Program-made: the position numbers and the translations under genes
From: Eubacteriales bacterium
GTDB lineage: Bacteria; Bacillota; Clostridia; Oscillospirales; CAG-272
Length of the DNA: 64,000 bases
Reading direction: 5' to 3'
Assembly: GCA_045636445.1 (NCBI GenBank)
Contig: JAZTXO010000124.1
Location: 15,941 to 79,940 of the forward strand
The notes under the pieces: generated by a model
What the model was told of the DNA's origin: nothing
The model's database searches: none
The model's input: the letters and a program-made list of their open reading frames with translations, nothing else
Part shown: positions 8,644 to 18,645 of the stretch, piece by piece
How the letters are laid out: the number at the start of each line of letters is the position of its first letter
Numbering within the stretch: the first letter of the stretch is position 1

Positions 8644-9942
8644 ATGAAAATCAAAATCATCGACACGACCTACGATGAGGCTATGAAAATAAAGCCGCCC
8701 CATCACAAAAAGCCCTTAAAGCCATCTATGTTTTTCCGCATTTTGATGAAGCTTCTTTCGGTACGCGCCATACGCAAGACGCACTTCACCTGCGAGAAGA
8801 TAGGAATGGAAAAACTTGGCAAAAAAGAACCTGCTTTTTACCTTATGAACCACTCCTGCTTCATTGATATGAAGATTGTTCCAACCCTTCTTTTCCCCCG
8901 CCCCTTTAACATTGTTGCGACAAGGGACACATATATCGGAAAAGAGCTTCTTATCCGCCTTATCGGCTGTATTCCGACCACGAAATTCGTTGCGGATACC
9001 ACTCTTGTAAGAGACATTATTTATGCTATAAGGAAGCTTAAAAGCTCGGTTGTAATGTTCCCCGAGGCAGGATATTCCCTTGACGGCAGGGCTACCGTTT
9101 TGCCCGATTCTCTCGGAAAAATGATTAAAATGCTTGGCGCTCCCGTGGTTACGATACACACCGACGGAGCTTTTGCAAGAGACCCTCTTTACAACAATCT
9201 TCAGCTTCGCCGCGTTGACGTTCGGGCAACCGAAAAATATCTTCTCTCTCCCGAAGATATAAAGAAGATGTCAGCCGAGGAAATCGGTGAGCTTGTGGCA
9301 AAGGAATTTGCCTTTGATAACTTTAAGTGGCAGAGAGAAAATCAAGTAAAAATTACCGAGAGCTTCAGAGCCGACTGTCTGCACAGAGTTCTTTACAAAT
9401 GCCCCCACTGTCTTGCCGAGAACAAGATGCTCGGAAAAGGCACAGAGCTTGTTTGCCAAAAGTGCGGTAAGGACTACCACCTTGACGAATACGGCGCTCT
9501 TAAGATTACCGAGGGCGAGGGTAAATTCGACCATATTCCCGATTGGTTCGATTGGCAGAGAGAGTGCGTCCTCGAAGAAATCAACAACGGCAGCTACAAA
9601 ATGGACGTGCCTGTTGATATTATGATGGTTATTGACTCAAAGGGACTCTATCGAGTTGGCGAGGGCAGACTTGTTCACGACAAGGACGGATTCGTTCTTG
9701 ACGGCTGCGACGGAAAGCTCCACTACGAGCAAAAACCCCTTGCTTCATACACCCTTAATTCCGAGTATTATTGGTATGAGATTGGCGACGTTATAAGCAT
9801 TGGCACTCTTGACAGACTCTACTACTGCTTCCCCAAGGGCGAGGGCGGCAACGTGACAAAGGCTCGACTTGCTACCGAGGAAATTTACAAAATTGCTCTT
9901 GCCGAAAAGCAGACAAACGACTCGCAAAAGACTGCGGAATAG
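8644..9942 (+). CDS. Lysophospholipid (PlsC-type) acyltransferase family protein with an internal Cys4 ribbon
   Basis: The NHSCFID (HX4D) and MFPEAGYS motifs are present, plus CPHC...CQKC. Confidence 0.6.
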   Translation: MKIKIIDTTYDEAMKIKPPHHKKPLKPSMFFRILMKLLSVRAIRKTHFTCEKIGMEKLGKKEPAFYLMNHSCFIDMKIVPTLLFPRPFNIVATRDTYIGKELLIRLIGCIPTTKFVADTTLVRDIIYAIRKLKSSVVMFPEAGYSLDGRATVLPDSLGKMIKMLGAPVVTIHTDGAFARDPLYNNLQLRRVDVRATEKYLLSPEDIKKMSAEEIGELVAKEFAFDNFKWQRENQVKITESFRADCLHRVLYKCPHCLAENKMLGKGTELVCQKCGKDYHLDEYGALKITEGEGKFDHIPDWFDWQRECVLEEINNGSYKMDVPVDIMMVIDSKGLYRVGEGRLVHDKDGFVLDGCDGKLHYEQKPLASYTLNSEYYWYEIGDVISIGTLDRLYYCFPKGEGGNVTKARLATEEIYKIALAEKQTNDSQKTAE

Positions 9943-9981
9943 GCGTTTTTGTAAGGTTTAATTTGCATATTTTATTAAAAA

Positions 9982-10017
9982 GGACGAGGAATTGCAATAA
10001 TTCTTCGTCCTTTTGTT
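9982..10017. terminator. Intrinsic terminator hairpin
   Basis: The stem GGACGAGGAA / TTCTTCGTCC is followed by TTTTGTTGTT and preceded by an A-run. Confidence 0.6.
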
Positions 10018-10082
10018 GTTGGCTGTCGCCCTATATTATTAAATTTTAAAGGGGTATTAAGAATAGGTCGTTTGCCCTTGTT

Positions 10083-10820
10083 TCACTGGGAACAAGAGTT
10101 TAGATCCGTTTGTTTTGCGATGTCTTTTATTACCTCGCCGCCTATAATAAGTCCCATAACCGAGGGAACGAAGGATATACTGCCGGGAGCTGCTTTGCCG
10201 TCGCATTTTTGAGCGTCGGCTTCGGGGGAAGCTACGGCAGGCTTTTCCTTTGAATAGACCACTTTTAAGTGATTTATTCCTTTTTTGCGAAGAGCGACTC
10301 TTACGGCTCTTGCCAGAGGGCAGACCTCGGTTTTCGAGATGTCGGAGACCTCAAAGCGTGTGGGGTCAAGCTTGTTTCCTGCTCCCATTGCCGAAATTAT
10401 GGGTGTTGCGGCTTCTTTTGCAAGAGTTATAAGCAGAATTTTTGAAGAAAGGGAGTCTATCGCGTCAACTATATAATCAAAGGAAGAAAAATCAAAGCTT
10501 TCTGCGGTGTCCTCACCGAAGAAGACGTTGTAGGTGAAAACCTTTGCGTCGGGATTTATTTCGAGGATTCGCTCCTTTGCGGCTTCGGTTTTATACTGTC
10601 CTGCGGTTTTGTGGGTGGCAATAATCTGGCGGTTGATGTTGGAGAGAGAGACTCTGTCGGCATCGACAAGGTGCATCTCACCTACCCCTGCTCTTGCAAG
10701 AGCTTCAACGGCATATCCGCCAACGCCGCCAATGCCAAAAATAGCGATTTTTGAGTTTTTAAGCTTCTCAACGGCAGCTTCGCCAAGCATCATTGCCGTT
10801 CTTATATCCTGTTCACGCAT
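10083..10820 (-). CDS. tcdA: tRNA threonylcarbamoyladenosine dehydratase (ThiF/E1-like)
   Basis: The N-terminus matches the TcdA/CsdL pattern: FGIGGVGGYAVEALARAGVGEMHLVDADRVSLSNINRQI. Confidence 0.8.
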   Translation of the reverse strand: MREQDIRTAMMLGEAAVEKLKNSKIAIFGIGGVGGYAVEALARAGVGEMHLVDADRVSLSNINRQIIATHKTAGQYKTEAAKERILEINPDAKVFTYNVFFGEDTAESFDFSSFDYIVDAIDSLSSKILLITLAKEAATPIISAMGAGNKLDPTRFEVSDISKTEVCPLARAVRVALRKKGINHLKVVYSKEKPAVASPEADAQKCDGKAAPGSISFVPSVMGLIIGGEVIKDIAKQTDLNSCSQ

Positions 10821-10983
10821 AAAATTTCTCCCAAACTAATCTTTCATAGTAATTATATATCTTTTCGGGGTAAATGTCAATATTCCCATAAACTCGTCTT
10901 TTATTTTTGATTGTGCATTTTATTTCTTGACTACCGAGTGAAAAAATGCTATACTAGAGAAAACTAACTTTTGGAGCTTACAG

Positions 10984-12105
10984 ATGAAACTAGAGCTTGT
11001 GGCGACCTGCCTTTTCGGCCTTGAAAAGCTGCTTTCGGAAGAGATTGAGGGGCTGGGTTACGAGAAAATTTCAACGATTGACGGCAGAGTGACATTTCTT
11101 GGCGACGAGGAAGCGGTTGCTCTTTCGAATATATTTTTAAGATATGCAGAGCGTGTGTTTATAAAGGTCGGCTCTTTTCGCGCTGAAAGCTTTGAGGAGC
11201 TTTTCGAGGGTACGAGGAAATTGCCTTGGCCTGATTTTATCGGACGTGACGACGCTTTTCCGGTTAAGGGACACGCAATAAAATCGGCTCTTCATTCTAT
11301 TCCCGACTGCCAGGCTATTACGAAAAAGGCGGTTGTGCGGTCTATGACCGAGCGTTACGGAATCACCGAATTTCCCGAGACGGGAGTAAAATACCAGATT
11401 GAGTTCTTCATTTTAAACAACGAGGCAACGCTGATGATTGACACATCCGGTGTGGCTTTGCACAAAAGGGGTTACAGAAAGGATTCGCTTGGCGCTCCTA
11501 TTCGTGAAACTCTTGCGGCGGCAATTGCGGCAACCTCACGTCCGAGAGAAAACGTTCTTCTTTGGGACCCTATGTGCGGAAGCGGCACGATTGCCATTGA
11601 GGCGGCAATGAAGATGAAAAACATAGCTCCCGGCAAGTCAAGAGTCTTTGCGGCAGAGGAATTTTCATTTATTGACAAGAAAATCTGGCAAAAGGCGAGA
11701 GAAGAGGCGATCGACGGTGAAATAAAAACCGATTTTGAGGTTTTCGCTTCGGATATTGACTCTGCGGCAGTGGAATTGGCAACGAAAAACGCCCGTCTTG
11801 CAGGTGTTGATGACGTTGTAAAGGTCTTTTCTATGGACGCAAGGAAGATTTCTGCTCCCGGCAGGCGAGCGACCATAGTTACAAATCCACCCTACGGCGA
11901 AAGGCTTGGAACACTCCGAGAAGCCGAGGCTCTTTACAGAGAAATCGGAGTCCATTTCCGTTCTCTCTCCCCCTGGCAGGTTTACGTTATAACCTCGCAC
12001 CCTGCTTTTGAAAAGTTTTACGGCAAAAAGGCAGACAAGGTGAGAAAATTATACAACGGTATGCTGCCCTGCTATCTTTATCAGTATTTTAAAAACAACA
12101 AATAA
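10984..12105 (+). CDS. THUMP-domain class I SAM-dependent RNA methyltransferase (UPF0020, RlmL/YpsC-like)
   Basis: An N-terminal THUMP-like region, DPMCGSGTI (SAM motif I) and TNPPYGERLG (motif IV) are present. Confidence 0.8.
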   Translation: MKLELVATCLFGLEKLLSEEIEGLGYEKISTIDGRVTFLGDEEAVALSNIFLRYAERVFIKVGSFRAESFEELFEGTRKLPWPDFIGRDDAFPVKGHAIKSALHSIPDCQAITKKAVVRSMTERYGITEFPETGVKYQIEFFILNNEATLMIDTSGVALHKRGYRKDSLGAPIRETLAAAIAATSRPRENVLLWDPMCGSGTIAIEAAMKMKNIAPGKSRVFAAEEFSFIDKKIWQKAREEAIDGEIKTDFEVFASDIDSAAVELATKNARLAGVDDVVKVFSMDARKISAPGRRATIVTNPPYGERLGTLREAEALYREIGVHFRSLSPWQVYVITSHPAFEKFYGKKADKVRKLYNGMLPCYLYQYFKNNK

Positions 12106-12145
12106 ATTTAATTACGGTCTCAAAAAACACGAAAGGATACGAAAA

Positions 12146-12637
12146 ATGAGAAAAATCAAAGTTCAAGCACTTACAAAAGACGCCTTTGCTCCCTATGGCG
12201 AGTATTACAAAATGGACGAGCCGCAAGGCTACCCCCTCTCGGGCGAGATTCACCGCTTCTTCCCCGACAGAATAACTACCTATTCTTCGGGCAAACTCTC
12301 TTTCTCTCCGATTCTTGTAAAAAAGCCACAGGAAATGAAGATTACCCAAGCCGAGTACCACACCACAACAGCCGAGCTTATTCTTCCCTTAAACGACGAT
12401 ATGATAATTCACGTTGCACAACCCTCGGCAGGTGTGCCTATTCCCCAATATACCCAGGCGTTTCTCGTTCCGAAAAACACCCTTGTGAAAATGAACGCTT
12501 GTGTCTGGCATCTTGCGCCCCTGCCCGCAAATGCAGAGGAGCTTTGCGCTATGATAGTTCTTCCCGAATGTACTTATATCAACGACTGCACCGTAGTTGA
12601 CCTTAAGGAAGAAGAGCAGTTCTTAATCGAGAAATAG
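12146..12637 (+). CDS. Ureidoglycolate lyase-like cupin protein
   Basis: The pattern LTKDAFAPYGEYY ... HTTTAELILPL ... CVWHLAP resembles the AllA family. Confidence 0.5.
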   Translation: MRKIKVQALTKDAFAPYGEYYKMDEPQGYPLSGEIHRFFPDRITTYSSGKLSFSPILVKKPQEMKITQAEYHTTTAELILPLNDDMIIHVAQPSAGVPIPQYTQAFLVPKNTLVKMNACVWHLAPLPANAEELCAMIVLPECTYINDCTVVDLKEEEQFLIEK

Positions 12638-12667
12638 TTTTTTCAAAAAAGGTTTGGCGAGACGGAA

Positions 12668-12864
12668 GGATTTACAAAAAGTCACCCGGCTTCGCAAAAA
12701 AGGAGCGATTTACAAAAAAATTTCCGAGCTTCGCAAAAAAGGAGCGATTTGCAAAAAATCTCCGAGCTTTGAAAAAAGGGAAGGATTTGCAAAAATCTCC
12801 GAGCTTCGCAAAAAAAAAGGAGCGATTTACAAAAAAATCTCCGAGCTTCGCAAAACAAAAAAGG
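12668..12864. repeat. Five tandem ~39-41-bp repeats (consensus gatttacaaaaaaatctccgagcttcgcaaaaaaggagc)
   Basis: Units start near 12668, 12707, 12746, 12784 and 12824. There are no unique spacers. The array lies between convergent genes. Confidence 0.9.
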
Positions 12865-12899
12865 TTGCCCGACTCAAAGTCAAAAGGCAACCTTTTTTA
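12856..12899. terminator. Bidirectional terminator
   Basis: The stem aaggttgcc (12861-12869) / ggcaacctt (12886-12894) is flanked by A- and T-runs. Confidence 0.7.
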
Positions 12900-12902
12900 T
12901 AT

Positions 12903-15023
12903 TCAGGCAAAAATGCCGTAAAGAGTCACTTCGCTGCTATAAGCCAGACTATACTCCTCTTCCTTAACGGGAAGATAGAAGCGTACTTCCTTTACCGCAA
13001 CGTCGGGGCGACGGTTTTTGAAGCTTGCGGCGTAAAGGGTACGAACGCCCTCTTTCGTTTTCACCGGATATGCGTCGGCAAAGGCTGTAATACCGTCAAA
13101 CCATTTGTCGGCAAATTCGCAGGATGCCGCAGGCTGTATAAGCTCGTTTTTGTTTTCCGTACCACTCTCGTCCTCAACGTTTTTCACAAAACGGTCCTGG
13201 GACAGAGGGGTAAAGTCGCATCTTACGTCACCGATATTGTAGCCGTACTCTACGGGATAGGAATATACGAGTCCGTCCTCGTACACCACCGAGTAATATC
13301 CCATAACACGAGGTTTTTTATCTCTGAAGAACCAGGTGTATTCTCTTGAAGGGGGATTGCCGTCTCCGAAATCTACCGAATGAAGTACGGTAATATCTCC
13401 GACCGCTCTTCCGACAGAAACAACCGCATTCTTTGCGCTTACAGCGGAAAGTTTGTTATCGAATATCTGACAGAGGAGACTTGAGCGTTTGGAATTTTCT
13501 ACTGCCGAAATTGCGTCAGCGTCGGTCTCCACCGAGCAAAACTCTTTTTCAAGATATTCGGCTACCCTTGAAGAGTTGAAGAAGGCGCGAAGCTTTGGCA
13601 TATAATCGTTTGAACGAAGCGCAAAGTCAGAGCGCTTATGGTCATCGTAATCCTGCTCCCACAAAACGGCTGAAGAAAATACGAAGTCGTAGAACCAACC
13701 GTTTCTGCCAATCTCGTTATAATCGGTTACGCACCAGGTAGAAACCTCCGCGCCGAGAAATCCTTTGTTCTTTACAAGGGTTTGCCAATGGGTAATATTG
13801 CAACCGTGGAAATTTCCGTAAAGGAAGGAAATTCCCCTCTCGGAAAACTCCGAGGTAGAGTAAATACTCTGCCCCCACTGCCAGTCAAGCATCGTAATAT
13901 CTCTCGGAATCATATCAATGGCATCGTGGGTTTCGTCCAACTCCCAGCTTCTGCCGTATCTTCCGTCACGGTATACGCTTTCGCCAACACGCTTTCCGCT
14001 TGAGTTGATATAATTTTGCAGACTCTCGCCCCACATAAATATTTTAACGCCCATTTTTTCATAAATGCTATGCAGGCGGTTTATATCGTGAGCCAAAAGC
14101 TCCGCGCCGCTTTTGCCCTTGCATCTTGGGCATTTTCCCAAAATTCTAATCTCGTCGTGACCTATTGAAACCTTGTCAAAGCCTAAAAGCTCGTGAAGCT
14201 CCAGGGCAATATCCTCGTAAAGCTCGTAGCTCTTTTCGTTCATAGGACACCAGGTGTCGGGGTACGGCTCAAAGGTCTGCTCGGCAATCTCGGGGTGGGC
14301 AAGGGTAAGATAATATGCGTGGGAAAGGCCTTGAATTTCGGGAATCAGCTCCATACCGAGGAAGCGAATGTGAGAAACTATCTCCAAAAGTTCGCACTTT
14401 TTAAGGCAGTGACCGCCTGCAAGCTCCACGTGAGTAGAATCCTTCCAGTTTGCCTCGGACGCTTGAAGTCCCTGGGGGCCGCCGTAATAATCTCTCGCCT
14501 CGCGGCAAAAACGCTTCCAAGCAACGTTTATTTCGGGGTGGCTTTCGTATTCAACTCCGCCGCCTATTTCAAGAAATATTGTGTTGTATTTAAGCCTTGC
14601 AAGAAGGTCTAACACACGCAAAAATTCGCCGATTGCATCAGCAGGCGGCAGATACAGATGTACTCCTCGTATTTTGCAAAGAGGCTCGTCGTAAAGCTCC
14701 ATTTCGGGAATACTTCCGCCCTCGGCAAGCTGTGCGAGAGTTCCGCCGGCACAAACGAAGCCCGAAAGACTTTTCGCACGGACTATAACTCTGCCCCCCT
14801 TTGCTTCAAGGGCATATCCCTCCTCGTTTTCAATGCTCCTATCAAGCACAAGACGAACGTTGCCGCTCTCTGTTTTCGAAAGTCCGCTTCCCTCTGCGGC
14901 ATAAATGAAGCTTTCGAGCATTTCTTCTGCTCCCGACTCGGCAAAAACACCGAGAAGCTCGACCGAGCCGCAAAAAACCTTAATATTTCGAGGTGTCGGG
15001 TAAATTTTTTCTTGAATATTCAT
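12903..15023 (-). CDS. GH20-like glycoside hydrolase, specificity unknown
   Basis: 706 aa. KIRGVHLYLP ... KYNTIFLEIGGG and SIGHDEI (a D-E pair context like the GH20 HxGGDE) are present. Confidence 0.45.
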   Translation of the reverse strand: MNIQEKIYPTPRNIKVFCGSVELLGVFAESGAEEMLESFIYAAEGSGLSKTESGNVRLVLDRSIENEEGYALEAKGGRVIVRAKSLSGFVCAGGTLAQLAEGGSIPEMELYDEPLCKIRGVHLYLPPADAIGEFLRVLDLLARLKYNTIFLEIGGGVEYESHPEINVAWKRFCREARDYYGGPQGLQASEANWKDSTHVELAGGHCLKKCELLEIVSHIRFLGMELIPEIQGLSHAYYLTLAHPEIAEQTFEPYPDTWCPMNEKSYELYEDIALELHELLGFDKVSIGHDEIRILGKCPRCKGKSGAELLAHDINRLHSIYEKMGVKIFMWGESLQNYINSSGKRVGESVYRDGRYGRSWELDETHDAIDMIPRDITMLDWQWGQSIYSTSEFSERGISFLYGNFHGCNITHWQTLVKNKGFLGAEVSTWCVTDYNEIGRNGWFYDFVFSSAVLWEQDYDDHKRSDFALRSNDYMPKLRAFFNSSRVAEYLEKEFCSVETDADAISAVENSKRSSLLCQIFDNKLSAVSAKNAVVSVGRAVGDITVLHSVDFGDGNPPSREYTWFFRDKKPRVMGYYSVVYEDGLVYSYPVEYGYNIGDVRCDFTPLSQDRFVKNVEDESGTENKNELIQPAASCEFADKWFDGITAFADAYPVKTKEGVRTLYAASFKNRRPDVAVKEVRFYLPVKEEEYSLAYSSEVTLYGIFA

Positions 15024-15038
15024 ATAAAACTCCTAATT

Positions 15039-15824
15039 TTAGGTTATATCCTTCTTTTCGTACTTAAAGTACGCAAGAAAGACGGATACGGCAATCAGAA
15101 TCGCTCCCACCGCAAGGTATTTGAAGTTTAGCGAATTTTCGTTGACGATATATCCTACGTCGGTGTAGCCGTAGGGCGTGATGAACTTGAGGAATTCAAG
15201 CTCTTCCATAAGATTTGAGAAAATATTGATAAAGTAGAAGCCGAAAGCAGCTCCGAGTCCTATAGCAAGTCCGCCGCCTCTGATAAATGCCGAAATAGCA
15301 AAGGTTATAGCGGCAACCTCAAGCTGCATTATGTAATAACCGAGGAACACAAGGGCGATTTTTCCCACTTCTACCTCTTCGCCGATAGCAAGAATACAAG
15401 CCGAGCTTACAGCCACCACCGCAAAATTCATAATTGTTATCTGCGCCGCAACCGCAAAAAGCTTTTCGGTTATTACTCTTCTTCGCGATACGGGATGAGT
15501 CAGGAGAAATTCTGCCGTTCCGTCCTTTTCTTCCTTGGAAAGAGCCGCAATTCCTAAAAGCGCGGCAAAGAAACCGCCGCCGAGGCCGAGAACGTTTCCG
15601 CACTCTGTGCCGAAATAGCCCATAAATTCACCGAAATTAAGCTGGTCCATACCGAATGCGGCAGTGAAATTGCCCATATTTGCAAACATATCGGTCATTT
15701 CGGACAGTTGCGACTTCATTTCGGGGTAAATTATTGCGGTCACGCCTAACATAAAGGAAATAACCGCGCACCAGACGATAAGAAACAGTCTGTTACGACG
15801 AAGCTCGTGTAAAAATATAGTCAT
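15039..15824 (-). CDS. ABC-2 type transporter permease
   Basis: Six predicted TM segments. The ATG at 15822-15824 overlaps the ATPase stop (ATGA). AAGGAG lies upstream. Confidence 0.7.
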   Translation of the reverse strand: MTIFLHELRRNRLFLIVWCAVISFMLGVTAIIYPEMKSQLSEMTDMFANMGNFTAAFGMDQLNFGEFMGYFGTECGNVLGLGGGFFAALLGIAALSKEEKDGTAEFLLTHPVSRRRVITEKLFAVAAQITIMNFAVVAVSSACILAIGEEVEVGKIALVFLGYYIMQLEVAAITFAISAFIRGGGLAIGLGAAFGFYFINIFSNLMEELEFLKFITPYGYTDVGYIVNENSLNFKYLAVGAILIAVSVFLAYFKYEKKDIT

Positions 15825-16699
15825 CACACATTCTCCTTTGCATAAAAGTGCATAAACACCTCGTCAAGGTCGGGGTTGCTTACGCTGAAGTCCTCAAAGG
15901 AAAGCTCCGTAAGCATCGAGGCAAGAGCCTTTGCGCCACCTCCGTAAAGGAAGCTTACGGTGTCGCCCTCGGTTTTTATGTTGCTGATATTTTCATTTTT
16001 CGGAATACTTTCTATTCCTTTCAGCAAAACACGCTTCACACCTGTGTGGCCAAGCTTTTCAACACTGTCAACAGCCAGAAGTCTGCCTTCTCTTATAACT
16101 GCGGCGCGTTTGCAGTAACGGGCAACCTCGGAAAGAACGTGAGAGGAAAGGAATACAGTCGCGCCCTCGGAGCATCTTTCCTCCAAAACCGAGTAAAATT
16201 CCCTTTGCATAAGGGGGTCAAGACCGCTGGTCGGCTCGTCGAGAATATAAAGAGGGGGACGGTGAGCAAGAGCGCAAACGATACCGACCTTTTTTCTGTT
16301 ACCCAAAGACAGCTCCTCGACCTTTCTTTCGGTATCAAGCTCAAACCGTTCGCAAAGGCCGTTTACTTCCGACTTTGAGCAGCCGCCTCGAAGCTTTGTT
16401 GAAAAATCTATGATTTCCCTAACCCGCATACCTCTGTAATACGCAACCTCTGACGGAAGGTATCCTACCATTTTAAGTATTTCTTGACTACAATTATTTA
16501 CATTTTTTCCAAAAACCTCGGCTTCTCCGCTTGTTTTGCTTATAAGGCCGAGCAAAGTTCTTATGGTCGTGCTTTTTCCTGCTCCGTTAGGTCCGATGAA
16601 TCCGAAGAACTCACCCTCCCGAACTTCAAGGTCCAGGTCAACTATACCTCTTGCAGAGCCGTAATATTTCGTTAGCTTTTTGGTTTCTATTACGTTCAT
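15824..16699 (-). CDS. ABC transporter ATP-binding protein
   Basis: Walker A GPNGAGKST, signature LSLGNRKK and Walker B LYILDEPTSGLD are present. The ATG at 16699 has an AAGGAG site. Confidence 0.9.
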   Translation of the reverse strand: MNVIETKKLTKYYGSARGIVDLDLEVREGEFFGFIGPNGAGKSTTIRTLLGLISKTSGEAEVFGKNVNNCSQEILKMVGYLPSEVAYYRGMRVREIIDFSTKLRGGCSKSEVNGLCERFELDTERKVEELSLGNRKKVGIVCALAHRPPLYILDEPTSGLDPLMQREFYSVLEERCSEGATVFLSSHVLSEVARYCKRAAVIREGRLLAVDSVEKLGHTGVKRVLLKGIESIPKNENISNIKTEGDTVSFLYGGGAKALASMLTELSFEDFSVSNPDLDEVFMHFYAKENV

Positions 16700-16796
16700 A
16701 TATTTCTCCTTGATTTTATCGCACAATACGTACTAAAGACATTATATCACACATTTTAAGCTTTTGCAACCAACCTTAAGTTGAATGTTAAATTTC

Positions 16797-16834
16797 TCAA
16801 AAAATACCCCGCACGGAATTTTTTCGTGCGGGGA
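16797..16834 (-). terminator. Terminator after the coat protein gene
   Basis: The stem ccccgcacg / cgtgcgggg is followed by a U-run on the minus strand. Confidence 0.7.
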
Positions 16835-16839
16835 TTCTG

Positions 16840-17292
16840 TTAATACATATTGTTGCAGGACATATAGTTATAGAGCTGTTCTCCGTGGTTTTGCTCTTCC
16901 TTTTGAATATGGGCGAGAGTATCTCGAAGAATGGGGGAAGAAAACTCGAAGGTTGCAGTGTTGTAGACCGAGGAAACGTGCTTTTCCATAGCCAAAGCGT
17001 CCGAGCAAAGGTAGGCGTCGTTTTTCTTCTCCTCTGCCGTACAATTTGACATTTTGCACTGAAGCTTTGCCTGTGCCGCAGAGGGAGCCTGGGGCATTTG
17101 CACCTCCGCTCCGCCGAGAATCTGGGTTACGGTGTCAAGATGCTTTTGCTCGTTGTTTTTAAGGTTGGTAAAAAGCTGCTTCAATTCGGGGTCGTGAGCC
17201 GCTTCTGCATACTTGCCGTACTTTTCAATGCAGATTTGCTCCTGGGATTTAAGGTCGTTTAAGAGGTTTGTTTCTTTTTGTGTAAGCGTCAT
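16840..17292 (-). CDS. Spore coat protein, CotF-like
   Basis: The ATG at 17292 has an AAAGGAG site. LTQKETNLLNDLKSQEQICIEKY ... EQKH and a second ferritin-like half are present. Confidence 0.65.
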   Translation of the reverse strand: MTLTQKETNLLNDLKSQEQICIEKYGKYAEAAHDPELKQLFTNLKNNEQKHLDTVTQILGGAEVQMPQAPSAAQAKLQCKMSNCTAEEKKNDAYLCSDALAMEKHVSSVYNTATFEFSSPILRDTLAHIQKEEQNHGEQLYNYMSCNNMY

Positions 17293-17439
17293 AAAAATTC
17301 TCCTTTTCAAGAAATACAACTAAAGTGTAACCGAAAAGGAGAAAAATATTCACTTTAAATTAAATCTCCAACCCCAACTCCGAAAATTTCAGCAAGAGCC
17401 TTCAATTCAATATCGGTAATGCGAAGGCGGGTAAACATT

Positions 17440-18645
17440 TTAATATTCTTTATTTTTCACCGTCTTTTTATTATTTAATATAAACGTAGCAAGAACCCCG
17501 ATAACGGCAATCGAACTCCACATAATTACAACACCGTCCCAACCGAACCACCCGACAGCGTATGATACAAAGAGGTTACACACAGACGCAACGGCATATC
17601 CCGTAAAATCCAAAAAACCGTTAAGACTTGACGTAAGACCGCTTTCAGCCTGGTTTGGAATATAGTTGCTCCACACCATGGTTGATGCCATTCCTATACC
17701 GATAAGAGCAACAAGCATCATCAAAACATCAAAGTAATCGAAGTTAACAAACAATGCTGCAGTTATAGCCAAAGCTGCTATTATGTAAACAATTCTTATT
17801 AACAATCTGTCGTTATTCTTTAACAGCTTTAAAGCGAACAATGCAATAAACGGAGTAAATGCACGTATAAATGACATTACAGAGAATATAATTCCTGCCA
17901 ATCCCGACTCAAAGCCAAGTTTTTCGGTAAAGTATGTGGGAAGCCAGAAGCCTATAGCGATATAAGCGGTTTCGCATACCATAACCACCGCAAGATAAAA
18001 AGGAAATCCACAGAGCTTAAAAATGCCGAGAAGATCCATTTTCTTTCCTTTTTTCTTTTCGCCATAGCGGATCAATCCACGCATTTCGAACACAGTAAGC
18101 AAAATATAAATACAAACAGCAAATCCGACTCCTATAATGCCGGAAGCAACAAAGGCTGTCTGCCAACCAAAAATCAGCGACAACAGGCTAGCTCCAAGAG
18201 GACCAACGAAGCTCGAAAACGAGAGGAATACACACGCAAGCTTAGCAATTTTTGAATCTGTATTTTCACATATTGTTTTTACTATAGGACCTCTAAGCAT
18301 TGAAAGTGAAAAACCCATAATTCCGAAAAGGACAACTCCCAAAGCTCCTGCCCCGCAAAAAGCGAAGCCGACAGACGAAAGCGATGCCGTAGCAAGGCCC
18401 AATGCTACCATATATTTCGCTCTTATTATTTCGCCTACATATCCGTTAAAGAGCTGACCGCATGCGTATATAACGTAATAAACCGAAGACAAAACACCGA
18501 TATACTCGGTTTCGTAACCTGAGGCTATCATATCCGGAATTACAACGCTTAAAATATTTCTTAATATGTAACAGGCAATATATGCGCTGACGCAGGTAAC
18601 CGAAAGAGTTACGGCGCTGCCCGTCGTTTTCGTTCTTTCACTCAT
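17440..18645 (-). CDS. MFS transporter
   Basis: 401 aa with about 12 hydrophobic segments. The start overlaps the DeoR stop (ATGA). Confidence 0.75.
   Translation of the reverse strand: MSERTKTTGSAVTLSVTCVSAYIACYILRNILSVVIPDMIASGYETEYIGVLSSVYYVIYACGQLFNGYVGEIIRAKYMVALGLATASLSSVGFAFCGAGALGVVLFGIMGFSLSMLRGPIVKTICENTDSKIAKLACVFLSFSSFVGPLGASLLSLIFGWQTAFVASGIIGVGFAVCIYILLTVFEMRGLIRYGEKKKGKKMDLLGIFKLCGFPFYLAVVMVCETAYIAIGFWLPTYFTEKLGFESGLAGIIFSVMSFIRAFTPFIALFALKLLKNNDRLLIRIVYIIAALAITAALFVNFDYFDVLMMLVALIGIGMASTMVWSNYIPNQAESGLTSSLNGFLDFTGYAVASVCNLFVSYAVGWFGWDGVVIMWSSIAVIGVLATFILNNKKTVKNKEY

Noticed and set aside
12668-12864. Possible CRISPR array, because of regularly spaced ~40-bp repeats
   Set aside because: The units are contiguous with no unique spacers. 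The repeats are A-rich and degenerate. No cas genes or leader are present. It is a plain tandem repeat.
12654-13349. 231-aa plus-strand ORF starting in the tandem repeat
   Set aside because: It reads through a strong bidirectional terminator and then runs antisense into the GH20-like gene. Its N-terminal periodicity is just the DNA repeat.
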